From the NCBI GenBank assembly GCA_028534125.1, contig CM052832.1, positions 13,146,001 through 13,210,000 on the forward strand: DNA of 64,000 bases, given 5' to 3'. The position numbers and the translations under genes are program-made. This document shows, one piece after another, positions 1 to 12,880 of this stretch (its first letter is position 1; every line of letters starts with the position of its first letter). Under the pieces are notes generated by a model. The model saw only the letters and a list, made by a program, of their open reading frames with translations, did not search any database and was not told the DNA's origin. The DNA comes from Lama glama (lineage: Eukaryota).

Positions 1-89
1 GAATAACCCAAATATATAATATGTATGAATTTTAAAACATCAGACCACTCAGTAGAGAAGTGGTTGTTGACAGGGGAGGAAAGCTAAAT

Positions 90-855
90 AGCCAGTGAAC
101 ACGCAATCATGCACAACTTCAGGGAAACGGAACACCACAAGAGACCTGACACCTTTCAGACTGACAGATGTTAGAAAGCCTGGCAAAAGGACCTAGATCT
201 GTTAAGAGTGAAAGTGAGGGCATTGTGGGTGGGGGTGCACATTGCTACCACTTCTGGCAAAATATTCTGGGAAATCTAGTTAATGGTGAAATGTTCATAA
301 ACTGTGAGCCTGCATATCCCCCATGAGATATAGTTCCTTAGAGCTCCTGCACTTGAGTTTGGGAGGCAGTATAAGCATGGTTTATGATAGCCAAAATATC
401 CATCACAAGGAGAAAAGATAAGATTGTACTGTAATCATACAGCAGAATAAATACTACAGAGAGCTGCATGGAACAAAATGGATGAATATCCCTTATAATG
501 GTGAACAAAAAAAAGCTAGTTGCAGAAGAATACATTGTGTATAATACCATTTATATAAACCCCAAAACATGCAAAACAATTAATACTTTTTTCAGGGATG
601 CATACATATGTAATAGAAAAGAAAATGCACAGAAATGACAAACTCCTGATCAGAATGGTGGTTACCTGAGAGGAAAATATGATCCTTCGAAGCAATTGTT
701 AGCTCTTGGAAGAGTGGCGGAGTCAGGAAGGGATGTAGAGGGTGTGTGTGTCTGGGGTCTTCATCTGGATTGGCCACAATTTATTTCTTGAGGGGAGGGT
801 GCACAGTTGTTTGTCATATTACTCTTTGTATCTTTTTATGTCTGAAATATTCAGT
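90..855 (+). mobile_element. Ancient L1 (L1M-type) 3' fragment in a PPIL1 intron
   Basis: A-rich decayed sequence with motifs typical of old L1 3' ends (aaatatccatca..., tggatgaat...ataatggtgaac, taccatttatataaa, aatggtggttacct). Boundaries approximate. Confidence 0.6.
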
Positions 856-3054
856 ATATCAGGAGAGGATGAAAAAGTAAAAGAAGTTTGAGGATAGAGT
901 TTAGAAAACAGGCCTGTGCCTGTCTCCATTGTATCTATACTAGCAGAGGCACACAGCATATTTTTTACTGCAGTTTCCCAGTTGTTGGCTTTATAAGTGA
1001 TCATTGGCATCTGTGTCGCCTGCTTTGCACCAGAGAACTCTTTAATCACTCCCTGTCCCCCTACCATTTTTCCCCTATTCCACATGCCCAAAGGAATGTT
1101 TTGATTGGAATTATTTGTCTTTCTGACATTTTGCTGCAAACCCTACTGAGTTGAATTAGGTTATGAAATGATAACATATTATGAGTAAATGGTGCCTTAG
1201 AGGCCCAAACTACTTGCAGTTGGTCAGAATATGCCTAGTGAGTAAAAAAGGGCCTCCATGCCCTTTCCTTTCATCTCCTGATTATTTAAAACCCCAGACT
1301 TCTAAAACCCCAGTCAAGTGACTCTTGACTGGCCTATCCTGTAATCCTCGTCCTGTTTATGCTGCCATTTATGTGATGGGTTTCAGTTCCTAGAGGGCAG
1401 GGGTCCTGAGGTTCTGGCAGACCTAGGCTTGCAAGAATCATACTTCCAAGACTAAGCCTGTGGACTGACAGCACACTCCTGAATTTCATCCTCAGCTGCT
1501 CACTCTCTAAAGGCCTGGGTGTAGGGCTTGACCTTAGTTTGCCCCCACAGCCCTCTCTGTCCTGTCTCATCTTCAGCCCTAGCACTTCCACTAACCACCC
1601 CCTACCCAGGCTCAGGCAGGAACCTTGACTTTAGTCAGAGGGAACATATTGGTTATATAATTGCTATTTGGAGGTACACTGGCAAGTTGGAATTTTTGGA
1701 ATGGATTTTTTACATAGTTTGGTGCTCAGTAATTTTCCAGAAGGATAGGTAGCTGGGGCCAGGTGGGAGGTTTCCCCAGGTCTGTGAGGATTCACCCCCA
1801 TTCCTCTTTGCATGAAAACAGTGTTTTCTTCCTGAACCGGGGGCAGTGACAGGCTCCCTGTGGTGGAGCATCCTGAAAGATAAAGCAAAGGATTTTTTAC
1901 CATGGAAACACCTTAGCCAGGCCCAGGGGCCTCTGGGGGTGGACATGGTGCTTTAACATGCTACTTTCACAGCAGGCTGTAAAAGGAGGTGAGCTCTAGG
2001 CTGTTCCCTGGCTGCCAGGCAAGCACAGTGCTAATAAATCCAGTGTTCACTTTGTTCCAGGCTGTTTTGTCTTGGCTGGTCAATTTAGAGAAACCAAAGT
2101 AGTTCAACAAGGCATATGGTTGACTAAATAATAGATTAGGAGAGTTATCTCCTGTTAGGACTTATTTTTCGTATGGGAAAATCATATTTAGCGTATTTTT
2201 CTCTACCAACAAAACCTGGGTTTTTGGCACAGCAGGAGTGTGGATTCTTGTGGACATAATATAAATAACATGTGGTGGGGATGTTGCAAACAAAACATTC
2301 CCAATGCACTGCCCCTCCTCTCAATGAATTCTGCCTACCGTTATATTATTCTTCCTGCCACATTGCCACTTACCACTATCCCTGTTTCTCCTTAAGCTAG
2401 GTATCTATGACTTAAATGAATTTTATTTTCCTTCATTTGGGTTAAGATGAAGCAAAATAAATAGCAAACATCAAATAGGTTTTGATTCTTATGCCGTCTC
2501 TGATCCATTAAAACTGGTTGCCTGGAGTTCTGGGTTGGTAAGAATTCTGAGGCCAATGTAAGCTCAGCAGGGAAGAGTGCTGATTGATTAGCGATGTCCG
2601 TGGTGTGTGCAGGGTTAGGGCTTCGGGCACTCCTATCTAAAGCACTCATAAACATGAAAAATTAAGAGACTTCTTAACACATCTCCAGCTATGAATAGTG
2701 GTTATTTGTAGATGGTTAGATTACAGGGGACTTTAATGTTCCTTTGATAATGTTCTATGTTTTCTACATTTTTGACAGTGAACGTGTATTACTTTAATAA
2801 GCAGGAAAAAATCACTCAGCATTATTTTGAAAAGGAACATCTTAACTAAATAAAACCAGTGATTTGAAAGTGCTCTGTCAGTGCTTGATTCTGCTGCTGG
2901 GCTGTGTAGTTAAAATGTACTTATTAGCAGAGGTCTTACTGCCTTTTCCTTTCCTAAACTCCAAAAAAAAATATCCTTTGACCCTGGGCCATGGCTCTTA
3001 GTGTGAGGTTGAATGTAGGACTGGCTGATTGGTTTCTCATCTTCTAACTGGCAG

Positions 3055-3123
3055 GTCGAGGTGGTGCATCTATCTATGGCAAGCAATTTGAAGATGAACT
3101 TCATCCAGACTTGAAATTCACGG
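3055..3123 (+). CDS. PPIL1: PPIL1 penultimate coding exon (69 nt), spliceosomal cyclophilin-like PPIase
   Basis: Branch-like tctaac then ggcag|GT CGA GGT GGT GCA... translates (G)RGGASIYGKQFEDELHPDLKFT(G); donor G|gtatgt; phase 1-1, joining in frame to the next exon. Not shown in the ORF track. Confidence 0.97.
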
Positions 3124-3703
3124 GTATGTATATATTCTGGGTAGACTGGGTAGGAAAAGGGAATGGGTTTAAAAGCTCATTCTTTTGGCTGTGATTCGAG
3201 GTGAATGCCTGACACCGTGGCATGGTGCCCTGTAGCTACCCAGCTGTGGCGCCACAAAGAGCCGTGGCAGATGAGAGAAAGCAGCGCCTCTCAAATCCCG
3301 AGAGAGTCAGAGTGCTGATCTGAGTGATCTCGACTCTAACTACCTGTTGAGTGCTGCTGCTGTAAACCGTAAGAAAGCAAAAGCTTCCTCAAAGGAACAG
3401 AGGAGAACTTCCTGGATTTTTGAGGGGAATTAGGAACATGGTCCAGTGGTTAGTGGGTATCATCATGGATAGAAGCTAAGGAGTAGCTGAAAACAAGGAA
3501 GATGAGGCCATCAGGGTAGTGGGGTAGTTAACCTTTGTGCTTCGGCAGAGAGACTGCCCTGAGGGGAAGGTTATCAGGTCAGTGGTTGATGATAGAGGCC
3601 AGAACAAAATCTGGCTTCCTTTTATTTCTAGGCTGGTGTAGAGCTCCAGCCTGGGGCTCTGAGTGTTATTTATACTCTTTTCTCTCTTTCTTTTTCCCTC
3701 CAG

Positions 3704-3924
3704 GGGCTGGGATTCTTGCAATGGCCAATGCAGGGCCAGATACCAACGGTAGCCAGTTCTTTGTGACCCTAGCTCCCACCCAGTGGCTTGACGGGAAACA
3801 CACCATTTTTGGCCGTGTGTGCCAGGGTATAGGAATGGTGAATCGAGTAGGAATGGTGGAAACAAACTCCCAAGACCGCCCCGTGGACGATGTGAAGATC
3901 ATTAAGGCATACCCTTCTGGGTAG
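3704..3924 (+). CDS. PPIL1: PPIL1 last coding exon (221 nt including TAG)
   Basis: Long pyrimidine tract + ccag|GG GCT GGG; encodes [73 protein letters not shown], with cyclophilin signature motifs and the PPIL1 C-terminus. Confidence 0.98.
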
Positions 3925-4895
3925 ACTTGCTGCTCTCTTGAGCACCCCCAGGTCTTCTGAGATGACCCCAGCGAACCAAATTCCAGATGACCTAGAACGA
4001 CACGTAACTCTAAACTTCATTTTGGCCTTGCAGATCGTGGCGCTGAGGAGGCCTGGGGTCTTGGGTGAGTTAGAGATGGAAGTGTATTTTAATAGGATAC
4101 TTCTTTTGTGGTCCCCAGTGCCTGTGTTAACAGAGCATTTGCAGAGATGTCCATTTATGACCCTTCACGGGTTACTGCTCACTGCAAATGACTCATACTG
4201 CTCCTTCTTGTGGTATCTGCTCTGTGTACTTGAAACTAAGTGAAGCCAACTCTGTCATTCCATAGTGCCTAATCAACCTCTTCTTGTGGAAATTTATATT
4301 CTGGTCTACACTGCAGTGTTTGGTGGCTGACAGCCACAGAATTCGAAACAAGTAGTGTCTATCAGCTGTCTTAACTGTGTGCGCCCCCCATTTCAGTCTC
4401 TTGCATTTATTCTTCCAGGGATTGTATGCATCTCTATATATTTTCCCTCTCAAAACCAGAACAACACTGCTGTTTCTGACACTTAGACATCCCACGCAAA
4501 GCCACATTGAATTTTTGCCAAATGAAAAATGCATCCAACAATCAAGTTTCTAAGAAGGTGTCAAGTGGGGAATGATAATGTGTAATAATCGAGAAAAGAA
4601 TTTATTAAAAAGAAGCAGAAGCATTGACCATTTTTTTCCCTAGGAAGGAGTAGAAATCTGTAGTGAGCATAAGGACAGACTTATGAAGTCTCCTTAAAAA
4701 GCAGTATTCTCATAAAGGAGAAGCACCACTTGAATTTTTTAAATCTAAGACTTTAAGGAAACTAGATAAGAGATTTTATATATTTTTTTAATTTTTCTGA
4801 TTTTTTAGGGAGGGGGTGGTTAGAGAAAGGAAGTTAATACCTATGTAATATATAGAAAATTCCAAAATAAAATGCCATTGATGGCTGAAATCACT
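3925..4895 (+). other. PPIL1: PPIL1 3' UTR (3' end inferred)
   Basis: Non-repetitive sequence from the stop codon to just past AATAAA at 4866-4871; the cleavage site is estimated. Confidence 0.7.
4866..4871 (+). terminator. Probable PPIL1 polyadenylation signal AATAAA
   Basis: Canonical hexamer ~940 nt after the stop, followed by a GT/T-rich stretch (ctgctgtggtctgatttt). A variant ATTAAA also lies at 4604-4609. Confidence 0.7.
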
Positions 4896-4918
4896 GCTGT
4901 GGTCTGATTTTAAATATT

Positions 4919-5010
4919 TTAGGGGTAATTAGTTTTATTATTTATTTTTAGAGAAGGTATTGGGGATTGAACCCAGGACCTAGTAGCCTTGAGCTGTAGC
5001 CTCCCCCTGT
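4919..5010 (-). mobile_element. Short, internally deleted tRNA-derived SINE (Vic-1-like)
   Basis: Reverse complement reads gggggaggctacagctcaag...aggtcctgggttcaatccccaatacc...aaataaataataaaactaattacccc, the same tail as the copy at 22611. 11-bp TSD ttttaaatatt at 4908-4918 and 5011-5021. Confidence 0.85.
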
Positions 5011-5157
5011 TTTTAAATATTGTAGGAGGTTCTGATAGCCACTTTAACCTCTGAACCATCTCAAGTAGTGTTGCAGGGCGCATTTTCAAATTTTCACACC
5101 ATTTTAGGTTTGTGGGTCTCCAGTGGGTTTCTTCCGTTCAAGAGCAGGTTTGACTTT

Positions 5158-5201
5158 TAAAAGGCAGTATCAATAAATAAATAAATAAATAAAAGGCAGT
5201 A
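5158..5201 (+). repeat. (AATA)5 tract between direct repeats taaaaggcagta
   Basis: Direct repeat at 5158-5169 and 5190-5201 flanking tc(aata)n. Confidence 0.85.
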
Positions 5202-6404
5202 CCAAAGAAAGAAGTTAAGTGACAATTGATTAACATTTCTCAGTGAGGGGAAAACCGCTGTAGATTAACCAGATGGATGTGCTGAGAGACTGGAACCATT
5301 CCCTGAACTTGCAAGAGATATACCTGCATGTCATTATGGGCCCAGAGGCAATATATGTTGTGGTGTTTGCTTTCTTAAATGAGTTATCTCCTTGATTGAA
5401 AAGGAGATTGTAGATTAATGTTCCTTCTTACCACTCTACACATTTTGGAAATGGTGATTTACTTTATGGAATGGCCAAACAAGATTCTGTTCTCCAAGCC
5501 TTCCTCATGTTCAGCCTCTTTCTCCATTCGTCTCTCTTTTTCCCTAACAACAAAAAAGCAAAACCTAATAACAAACTATGTAAACGATTTGTAACTTCCC
5601 AGAGATAGTTTTGAGGTGCCAAGTCCTGGTCTGAGAAGTAGAAATACATTTCCTTCAGCCTGGACTGGGTGGACATAGTTGGATCCCCCTCTAGGAGCAA
5701 GGAGTAAGACACCCCTTGACTCACCTCTCAGAATTATAATCCTGAAAATCCCTTTCACCCAGGTCATGGGAATGGTATAAATATATTATTGCTACTTTGA
5801 GAAGCAAAGAAGGTTGTGAGCCACACAGGCACAGTTCCTTGTTTCTAGATAAGTACACCAAATGTATGCCAAAGTGATCATACATGCAAGCATATGCCAG
5901 TTTTCATAAAGGATGTCACCTCAAAGAGTAAAACTTGAATTGTTTCGCAATTTCTAGTGATTCTGCCAGTTAGCCAGAGATGTAAAAATTCTCGATTCTT
6001 TATAAAGGGAGCTTGCATAAAAGGAATCCTGGTGGATCCTTTTGTTATATGAGTGCCCATACTCTCTCAGGGTAAGTACGATTAGGACAAGTCTCATAAA
6101 AGTGGGATGTGCTTGGGCACAGATAGCTCATTGCAGTCACAGCTCAAATAGATCAGTGGCTTATACAATGAGTTTGTAACTTAGATGGAGATTAATGAAG
6201 GTAGGTTGTGGGACCACCAGAGCTAATCAAGGAGTAGGAGAGATACAGTTTTGGTGGGAAGGGTAGGAGAGTCTAGACTTTTTGGAGAAGGCTTGAAGTT
6301 GAAAGTAGATAAGCCAATCAATGAAAGAAGCTTTCAAATGAGTGCCCATGGGTTGGGTAAGAAGTTTGGTTCCCAGACTGTAAAGTGCATGGCCCCCAAG
6401 TACC

Positions 6405-6575
6405 GTAGCCCAGGGCTTCTCACACTTTGCCTACATAAGAATCACTGGGGAGCCTGCTAGAAAGCAGAGCCAGATTCAGCATCCAGCCAGAGATTCTGTT
6501 TCTAACCAGCTCCCAGAAGAAGGTGACTGCTGGTCCAGACTGTTGGTCATTAACACTGAGTTAGTGAGATCCTAG
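6405..6575. mobile_element. MER5-like hAT DNA transposon remnant
   Basis: cagggcttctcacacttt...agaatcactggggagc...ttctaaccagctccca motifs typical of MER5A. Confidence 0.6.
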
Positions 6576-6907
6576 AGTTCAAGTTTGTCCAACAGGAAAT
6601 TGGTGGAGGTGGTTCCTAAGAGCACAGAGCAGTCAGGACCATAACCTTTTCTTCTGCCTCCTAGACCAGTCTTGGAAGAGTGAAGGGATTCAAAGCATAG
6701 GATGAACTTTATCAGCTTCTGACTTTGACTACTAAGATGAAGCTTTAAGAAACAGTGCCCTTCTGCCTTCCATTCCCACTTTAATACACCATGGACATAA
6801 GACCATGTGTGACACAGATCCTATGTGGGCACCAGGGTGCATAAGATGGTATGGTTTAGTAGACATCACATAAATGCAGGGGAGACATCAGCAATTATGA
6901 TATTGAA

Positions 6908-7120
6908 GGAAAAGGGCTTTGTAACCAAACTCAGAATTCAGAATCCAGCTTCACTGCTTAGCAGCAGTGTGATGAATTAGTTTTTTAATCTCAGTTCCTT
7001 AGTTTCCTCAACTATAAAATGAGGATAACGGTCCTAACCTCATAAGGCTATTGTGAAGATTAAACGAGCTAGAGCAGGTATTTAGATCAGGGATCAGCAT
7101 TTAGGAAACAGCTGTTGTTA
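6908..7120 (+). mobile_element. MIR SINE
   Basis: Core ...ccttagtttcctcaactataaaatgaggataacgg..acctcataaggctattgtgaagattaaa. Confidence 0.8.
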
Positions 7121-8559
7121 TTACCTGTGGCCCTTGAAGCCACCACTTACCTCTCCTGCCTCTTCATCCCAGTGTTTCAGTGGCCTGTCCTTGCACACTT
7201 ATTCCTCCCACTGGGCTCGCCTCTGAGAGCAAAAGCCCTTGTCTTATTCCCCTCTGGGAGTCCCCTTAGCACCTTATGCAGTTCTTTGAGGTTATTGCTG
7301 AATGAATCAAATTTTAAAAATGTTCTCTGTCAGGAAAAGATTGAGATCCATTTGTAGGAATAGCTTTGCCCCAAGTCTCCAAGCCCAGGCTTTAGCTGGT
7401 ATGGCAGCAAAGCCTTTCCACTAAGCCCTCTGGAAGTCCTCAGCTTAATTTATTTTTGGATTGTGTTTCCAGAATATGTCAAAATAGCTTTCCCTGCACA
7501 AGTGAAATGATTCCTACCAATCTGAGCCGTGACTGTGGCCCCTTCTGGCACTACATTCTTGCGACGTGTGGAGGAGGAAACGTTGAAAAGCACATTTGTT
7601 TAAGTGACGGGGTTTACTGCCTACAAAGCACTTCATGGCCTTGGAGCCCTGTTGCCTGTAGAGCAGATTACTATTCTTCAGGTAAATATGAGGATAAGGG
7701 ATCTTCCAGTAACATTTTTTTTCTTAACAGATGAAAGACAAGCAAAGTGCAGGGGAAGAAAACATGTTAGTATCTCATTCTAAGGCCAGCTTGATCTGAT
7801 TTTGATATTGAGTCCTTGTTCTTCCAAATAGGTAATTCATGATCCCTAACTGCATCTGAAACCACAGATGACCAGTATGGGGCAAAGGTTTGTGGACAGT
7901 GAGATGTCAGCTTTTGTGTGGCCTTGGATGAATCCCTTTACCTCTGGAATTCAGCTTCCTCATCAAGCGAAGATCAGAACTAGGTCTCTATTAGCCCTCA
8001 ATTTCTGAATCTAGGTCATTCTGAGAAAATTCCTTTAGCTGCCAAGTTTCCATTTAGCATGCTGTTTTGGAAATTTGCCACTAGAGGCCACTGTGAATAC
8101 AGTTTAGTCTTGCAGCTTCTTCAAAAGGCAGAAGCCTACCGATGCCTTTCATGATTCTAAACCAGGCTTGCCATCCCTTGGATGTGGAAGGCCAGCAACT
8201 GTGGAGACTGCATGGGACCAGAGTTGAGAGATCAGCCTGGCACTGAACAGGTCTAGGAAGGCACTCTTTTGGCACAGGCCTGCCAGCCCTCTTTCTTGCT
8301 TCCTTGACTAGATGGAGAAGCCCTCTGTATGGCAGGGTTGGGTGAGGCCCTATGACTGGGGCCCGATTCCCTCTTAGCCACTTAATGTTCCACTTTTCAG
8401 TTGAATTTATTCATTCAGCAAGTAATTTTGGAGCCCCTCTTTTGGGCCCAGCAGTAGCAAATGTTTTTGTAGAATCAGAGTCAACCAGAAGGAACCTTAG
8501 AAGAAAACAAAAAGCTATTGTTGCTCTTTCTTTGTTCTGTGGTTTGTGGAAACTTCTTT

Positions 8560-8780
8560 TATGTATTTTTCTCTTAATCCCCAAAACCATCCTCTGAGAT
8601 TGGCATTATGATCCCCACTTGCACACAAGAAGACTGAGGACCAAAGGCACGTAGTACAAAACTGTATACAGGGGGAATGAATGGATGGAGTAAAGGGCCC
8701 AGGGTTGCATGGTTAGTAAAAGGCAGGGCTAGGGCATGAACTTAGGAACTTCTGATCCCAAGGTCAGCCCTTTTATCTCC
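8560..8780 (-). mobile_element. MIR SINE
   Basis: Reverse-orientation MIR core (attatgatccccacttgcacacaagaagactgagg...ggttagtaaaaggcagggctagg). Confidence 0.6.
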
Positions 8781-11739
8781 ACCTTTGATACACAGAGAAG
8801 GAGGATGAGGTGCAGAAAAAGAATGATCTGGTTGCAGGACAGGAGCTAGGACCTGAATCTCCTACCTTGCAGGCTGGGCTGTCCAATCTGACCGCTCCAT
8901 CTGCATCCCCAGGCCCCAGCCTTAGCTGTCTCCAAGTTCCTTCCAAGCCGAGCCTGCATCAGGCCCATCAAGGCACAGCAGGAAGGAGAGGAGGGAGGGA
9001 TGGAGCACAAATGACCCTAATCAGTGTGTTTATTGGATCATAACTGTTAGCCCCACCACTCAGCTAATCTCATAGAAATCACTTTCCTTTCTGTGAGGAT
9101 CTGGCCACAGCTCCATTAAAAACTGCTGACCTGCATACATGTGAGAAAGCTCTTATACAGCTGAGGTGGTAGAGAAGGAGGGAGAAGCAGTATTTTTACT
9201 TCCTCATTACGCTGATGGGGAAAATGGCCATTTCACATTCACTGTATATGGGAAGCCCCCAAAGGAAAGGGAATCCAAGTTTCACAGCTCTTTTTGGCAG
9301 CATTTAGCTCTAAGAGAAAATGTTCCCTTTGGCCTTCCCTTTTTGAAAGCATTTGTGATATTGTTTAAGACAAAATAAGAGAAGGGAAGGAACTCATGTT
9401 TGGGAAACATACCACATGCCAGGTTCTTCACACATTATTCTATTCAGTCCTCTCTGAAAGCCTGTGAATAAGACATAATGTCTGTTTCATAGATGAATCC
9501 ATTTCATGGATGAAGACTCCACAGCAGTTGTCTGGGCCTTAGCAGGACTGAACTTCAAGCTTAGGGTCTGCTCTCTCCTTCCATCATACCCTAAAGTCCC
9601 ACAGGAATGGTTTCTTTACCATTCTTTGCTCCCTCCCTCCAACTCAAAAAATCTGGAAGCTGGTTCTCAAGCCATGTCATTGAGACCTTGACAACTTCCC
9701 CAAGCCTTAGTTTTTCCATCTGTAGAATGAGAAGCCCAGAATTGGTTTCTAACCCCTCTCTGGTCTAAATTTGGGCATTTTTATGATGGCATTTTTTTTA
9801 TTCCCCAGGTAGCTCCCAGTACATCCTCGTCTAATTGGAATCTCACACCAACTTGGAGGGGATGGGGGTATGGGTATTATTACTCCCATTTTTTAAGCTG
9901 GAGTGTACCTAAGAAGCAGAGATACAGTGAGGGGCTCAAGGTCACAGCATGAATGGAGACAACCCAGCACTCTGCCTCTTACCCCCAGGCAGGCGGGCAG
10001 GCGGCCTCTGAGAGGCTGTCAGCAGCAGCTCCCAAAGCCTGACACCTGAGCCTCACCCTGGCTCCTGATAGAATTATCAGAGAACTGGGGAACACATACT
10101 TCTTGTAATCAGGGCAACTTTTCTTAGCCAGGGTGGAGGAGGCAAGATGTGAAGTGTGTCTGATGAGCTCCTCTCTCAGTGCAGGGGGCAGAGTTAATAA
10201 AATTCAGGGAAATCACTGCAGGCAGCTGGAGATGCAAGCAGGCGAGCTCAGGGGGCAGGGCCACTGAGTCTTCAGCTTCCACACAAAGCCAGGGTTGTAG
10301 CATTTGTGCACGTTTCAGTTTTCTTCAGCCAGGCAAGCAAATACAGGCAGCTTGGCCTGAAAATGAATTTAGAGCTTAAAAAAAAAAGCATTTCACCCAT
10401 GGTGGCTTTTTAGACTGTCCCAGTGCAGGTACAGCCAGGGGACATGCTAAGGAGCAGCGGTGTAGGAAAATCTGAGGGCTGGGGTGAAATGACAGCCCCA
10501 CCCCTACCCATCAGCCTGAGGTGGGAAGGGGCAGAGAGGCCCGAGGCCTAGACAGACACTCAGCAACTGTGGCTGAGGAGAAATGAGTGGAGTTTCTGGG
10601 AATAGAATCGAGAAAGATCTTTCAGGTAGAAATCCAACTGCTTCATCCCTCACCAGGCCTGAGCATACCAATCAGGAAGACATTGACTGTGTTGGTGGGA
10701 GGATGGGACTTCAGGGAGGGACGTATTTTGCTTTTAAGCTTCTGAAGAAATGTGAGGATTCATTCTCCATTTCCCCAAGATGCACAAATGAGAGGAAATG
10801 GGCTTATATCGAGTGGAGAGAGAGTTCAGGAGGGCAGACTGGCTGACTAGTGGGTAATGTATTCAAATGTAATTAAATCTAGTAAAAAGGAAGAGAGGGA
10901 GGATAAGACCTAGGGAAGCCCAGGCTGTGGAGGACCAAGATCCAAGGACCAAGGCTTTCAGGGCACAACCCCTGCTAGGTGGGAGAGGAGGAACACAAAA
11001 AATCTACCTAAGAGATGTGTTTTGGAGGTTCAGTGGAAGAAGAAAGTTGGTGAGAATCCAGGCTAGCTTCCTGGAAGAGATGGTACCTGAATGTGGGCCT
11101 AGTGGAGAGGAAATGGCAAGAAGAAAGGCCAGGGGTGACGTGACCATGCAGCTGGTTCTGGTTGGGTGTAAAAGGCTGATGGTGAGAGTGGGAAGATGAA
11201 GATTCACCTTGACCTTTATCTCAGAAGGCCCAGAGATGGCACAATTGTGTGTATCAATCAACAGAAAGTCAAGGGGACCCATCCCTTCTTGAAGGAGCTG
11301 AGGTGAGAGAAGAAAGGATCTAGGAGACTGATTCTAACCTGAGCTCCTGTTAGTTTTTACCTCTAGTTACTGCTTATTGGCAAAGCAACTTTGGGCCAAT
11401 TTCTTTCTGAGTTTCTAGGATTCAGTTTCCAGATCTGTAAAATCGAGGTGAATTGTAATATCTTTGAAGTCTTTTGCAGTACTGAAGTTTCCAACACCAC
11501 AACTAACAATAGTAAGCTAAATATTAGATTCAGTGGGGGTGGGGAGGTAGTGACAAGCTGTGATATCTATGCTGGACAGGCTGAAAGAAGGGACAGGGCT
11601 CTGAGCACTGATCACATGGTGCTAGACTAGGCCTGGCGGATGTGTGAGGGGCCCGGGACTGGTGGCCATGTCAGCAGACACTGAGGCTCCTGGACAGGCC
11701 CTGAGTGAAGACTGGAAGGAAGCAGCCTGGTGTTGGGCA

Positions 11740-12105
11740 GGGATAGGGACTTTGATCCCACACGGTCCTGGGTTTGCATCTTGTCTCTGCCACTTACCTG
11801 TGTGATCCTGGATAAGTTAAGGTACTGAACTACTTTATACCTTAGTTTCCTTATCTGTAAAATGGAACAGATAATGCCCATTATTCTGCAGATTTCTGGA
11901 ACATAAATTCAAAATGAGTGCTCTAACTCCATTGGACAGAGCTGGGGAGACTGGGTCTCCCTCAGTTCTATATCCCTGGTAATGAACTAGCCCATTTGTC
12001 AAATGGGACAGTAGCATCATGGAGTTATTGTGAAGATTAAATGTGACGGATGTTGAATTCTCACAGCTGTGCTTATTACATGGTATGTTCTTAGTAAACG
12101 AAATA
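11740..12105 (+). mobile_element. Two adjacent MIR fragments
   Basis: tctgccacttacctgtgtgatcctggataagtta...cttagtttccttatctgtaaaatgg, then ...catttgtcaaatggga...gttattgtgaagattaaatg. Confidence 0.7.
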
Positions 12106-12339
12106 AATAAGTAAGAATTCCCTTCCCTCCTCTGTGGTACTGGCCAAGAGGCGTAATTGTCAACAGCTCAACAACTGAATTCATAATAGATGCTCAATAA
12201 ATGTTTTCTGGACGGAAGGCTAGGTGAAATGTATGTGATGGCAAAGAATTCAGGCCCTGTTTGGGACTGGTAGGTGGAAGCCAAGGGTCCTCATGAAGGA
12301 GTTGATGTTTCAGAGGGGAGGGGTAGACTTTTCACGTAG

Positions 12340-12880
12340 TCATATGACAAACTAAGCACCTGCTATGTGCTAGGCACTATCTTAGGAGCTGGGAATGCAA
12401 CCATGAACCAAATTCTTGCTTGCATAAAATGTGTATTCTAGTGGGGAAAACAGTCTAGAATACTGCTATGAGGAAAAATAAAGGAGGGTCAGGGGGCTGA
12501 GAGTATCGAGGTACTGTGTTAGGTAGTGTGGCCAGGAAAGCCCCCTGCAGAGGGAGCATTTGATCAGAGATCTGGGGGACCTAAGGGACACAGGGACTGA
12601 GGGAACAGCAGGTACAAAGACCTTGAAACAGGAGCCTGCAGGGCCAATAAGGAGGCCAGTGTGGCTGGAATGGGGTCCGTTAGGGGGAGAGAAAGACAAG
12701 ATGAAGTCAGAGAGGTCATGGGGAGGGGTGCTTACAGAGCCCATAGCCCAGGGAATACATTTACTACAGAGAGAGAAGGGGGCCGGGGAAGTGTCTCAAG
12801 CAGAGGAGTGACACAATCTGACTCTGGTTTCAAGTGGATCCCTTGGCCAGTGTGAAGATTCCAGTAGCTAGACTGTAAAG
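12340..12880 (-). mobile_element. LINE-2 3' fragment
   Basis: ctaagcacctgctatgtgctaggcact...gagggaacagcaggtacaaagacc...gaggccagtgtggctgga, the reverse complement of the L2 3' region. Confidence 0.8.

Noticed and set aside
3535..3703. N-terminal part of the 129-aa ORF 3535-3924 as coding
   Set aside because: It is intron read-through, including the pyrimidine tract; cyclophilin similarity starts at the acceptor at 3704.
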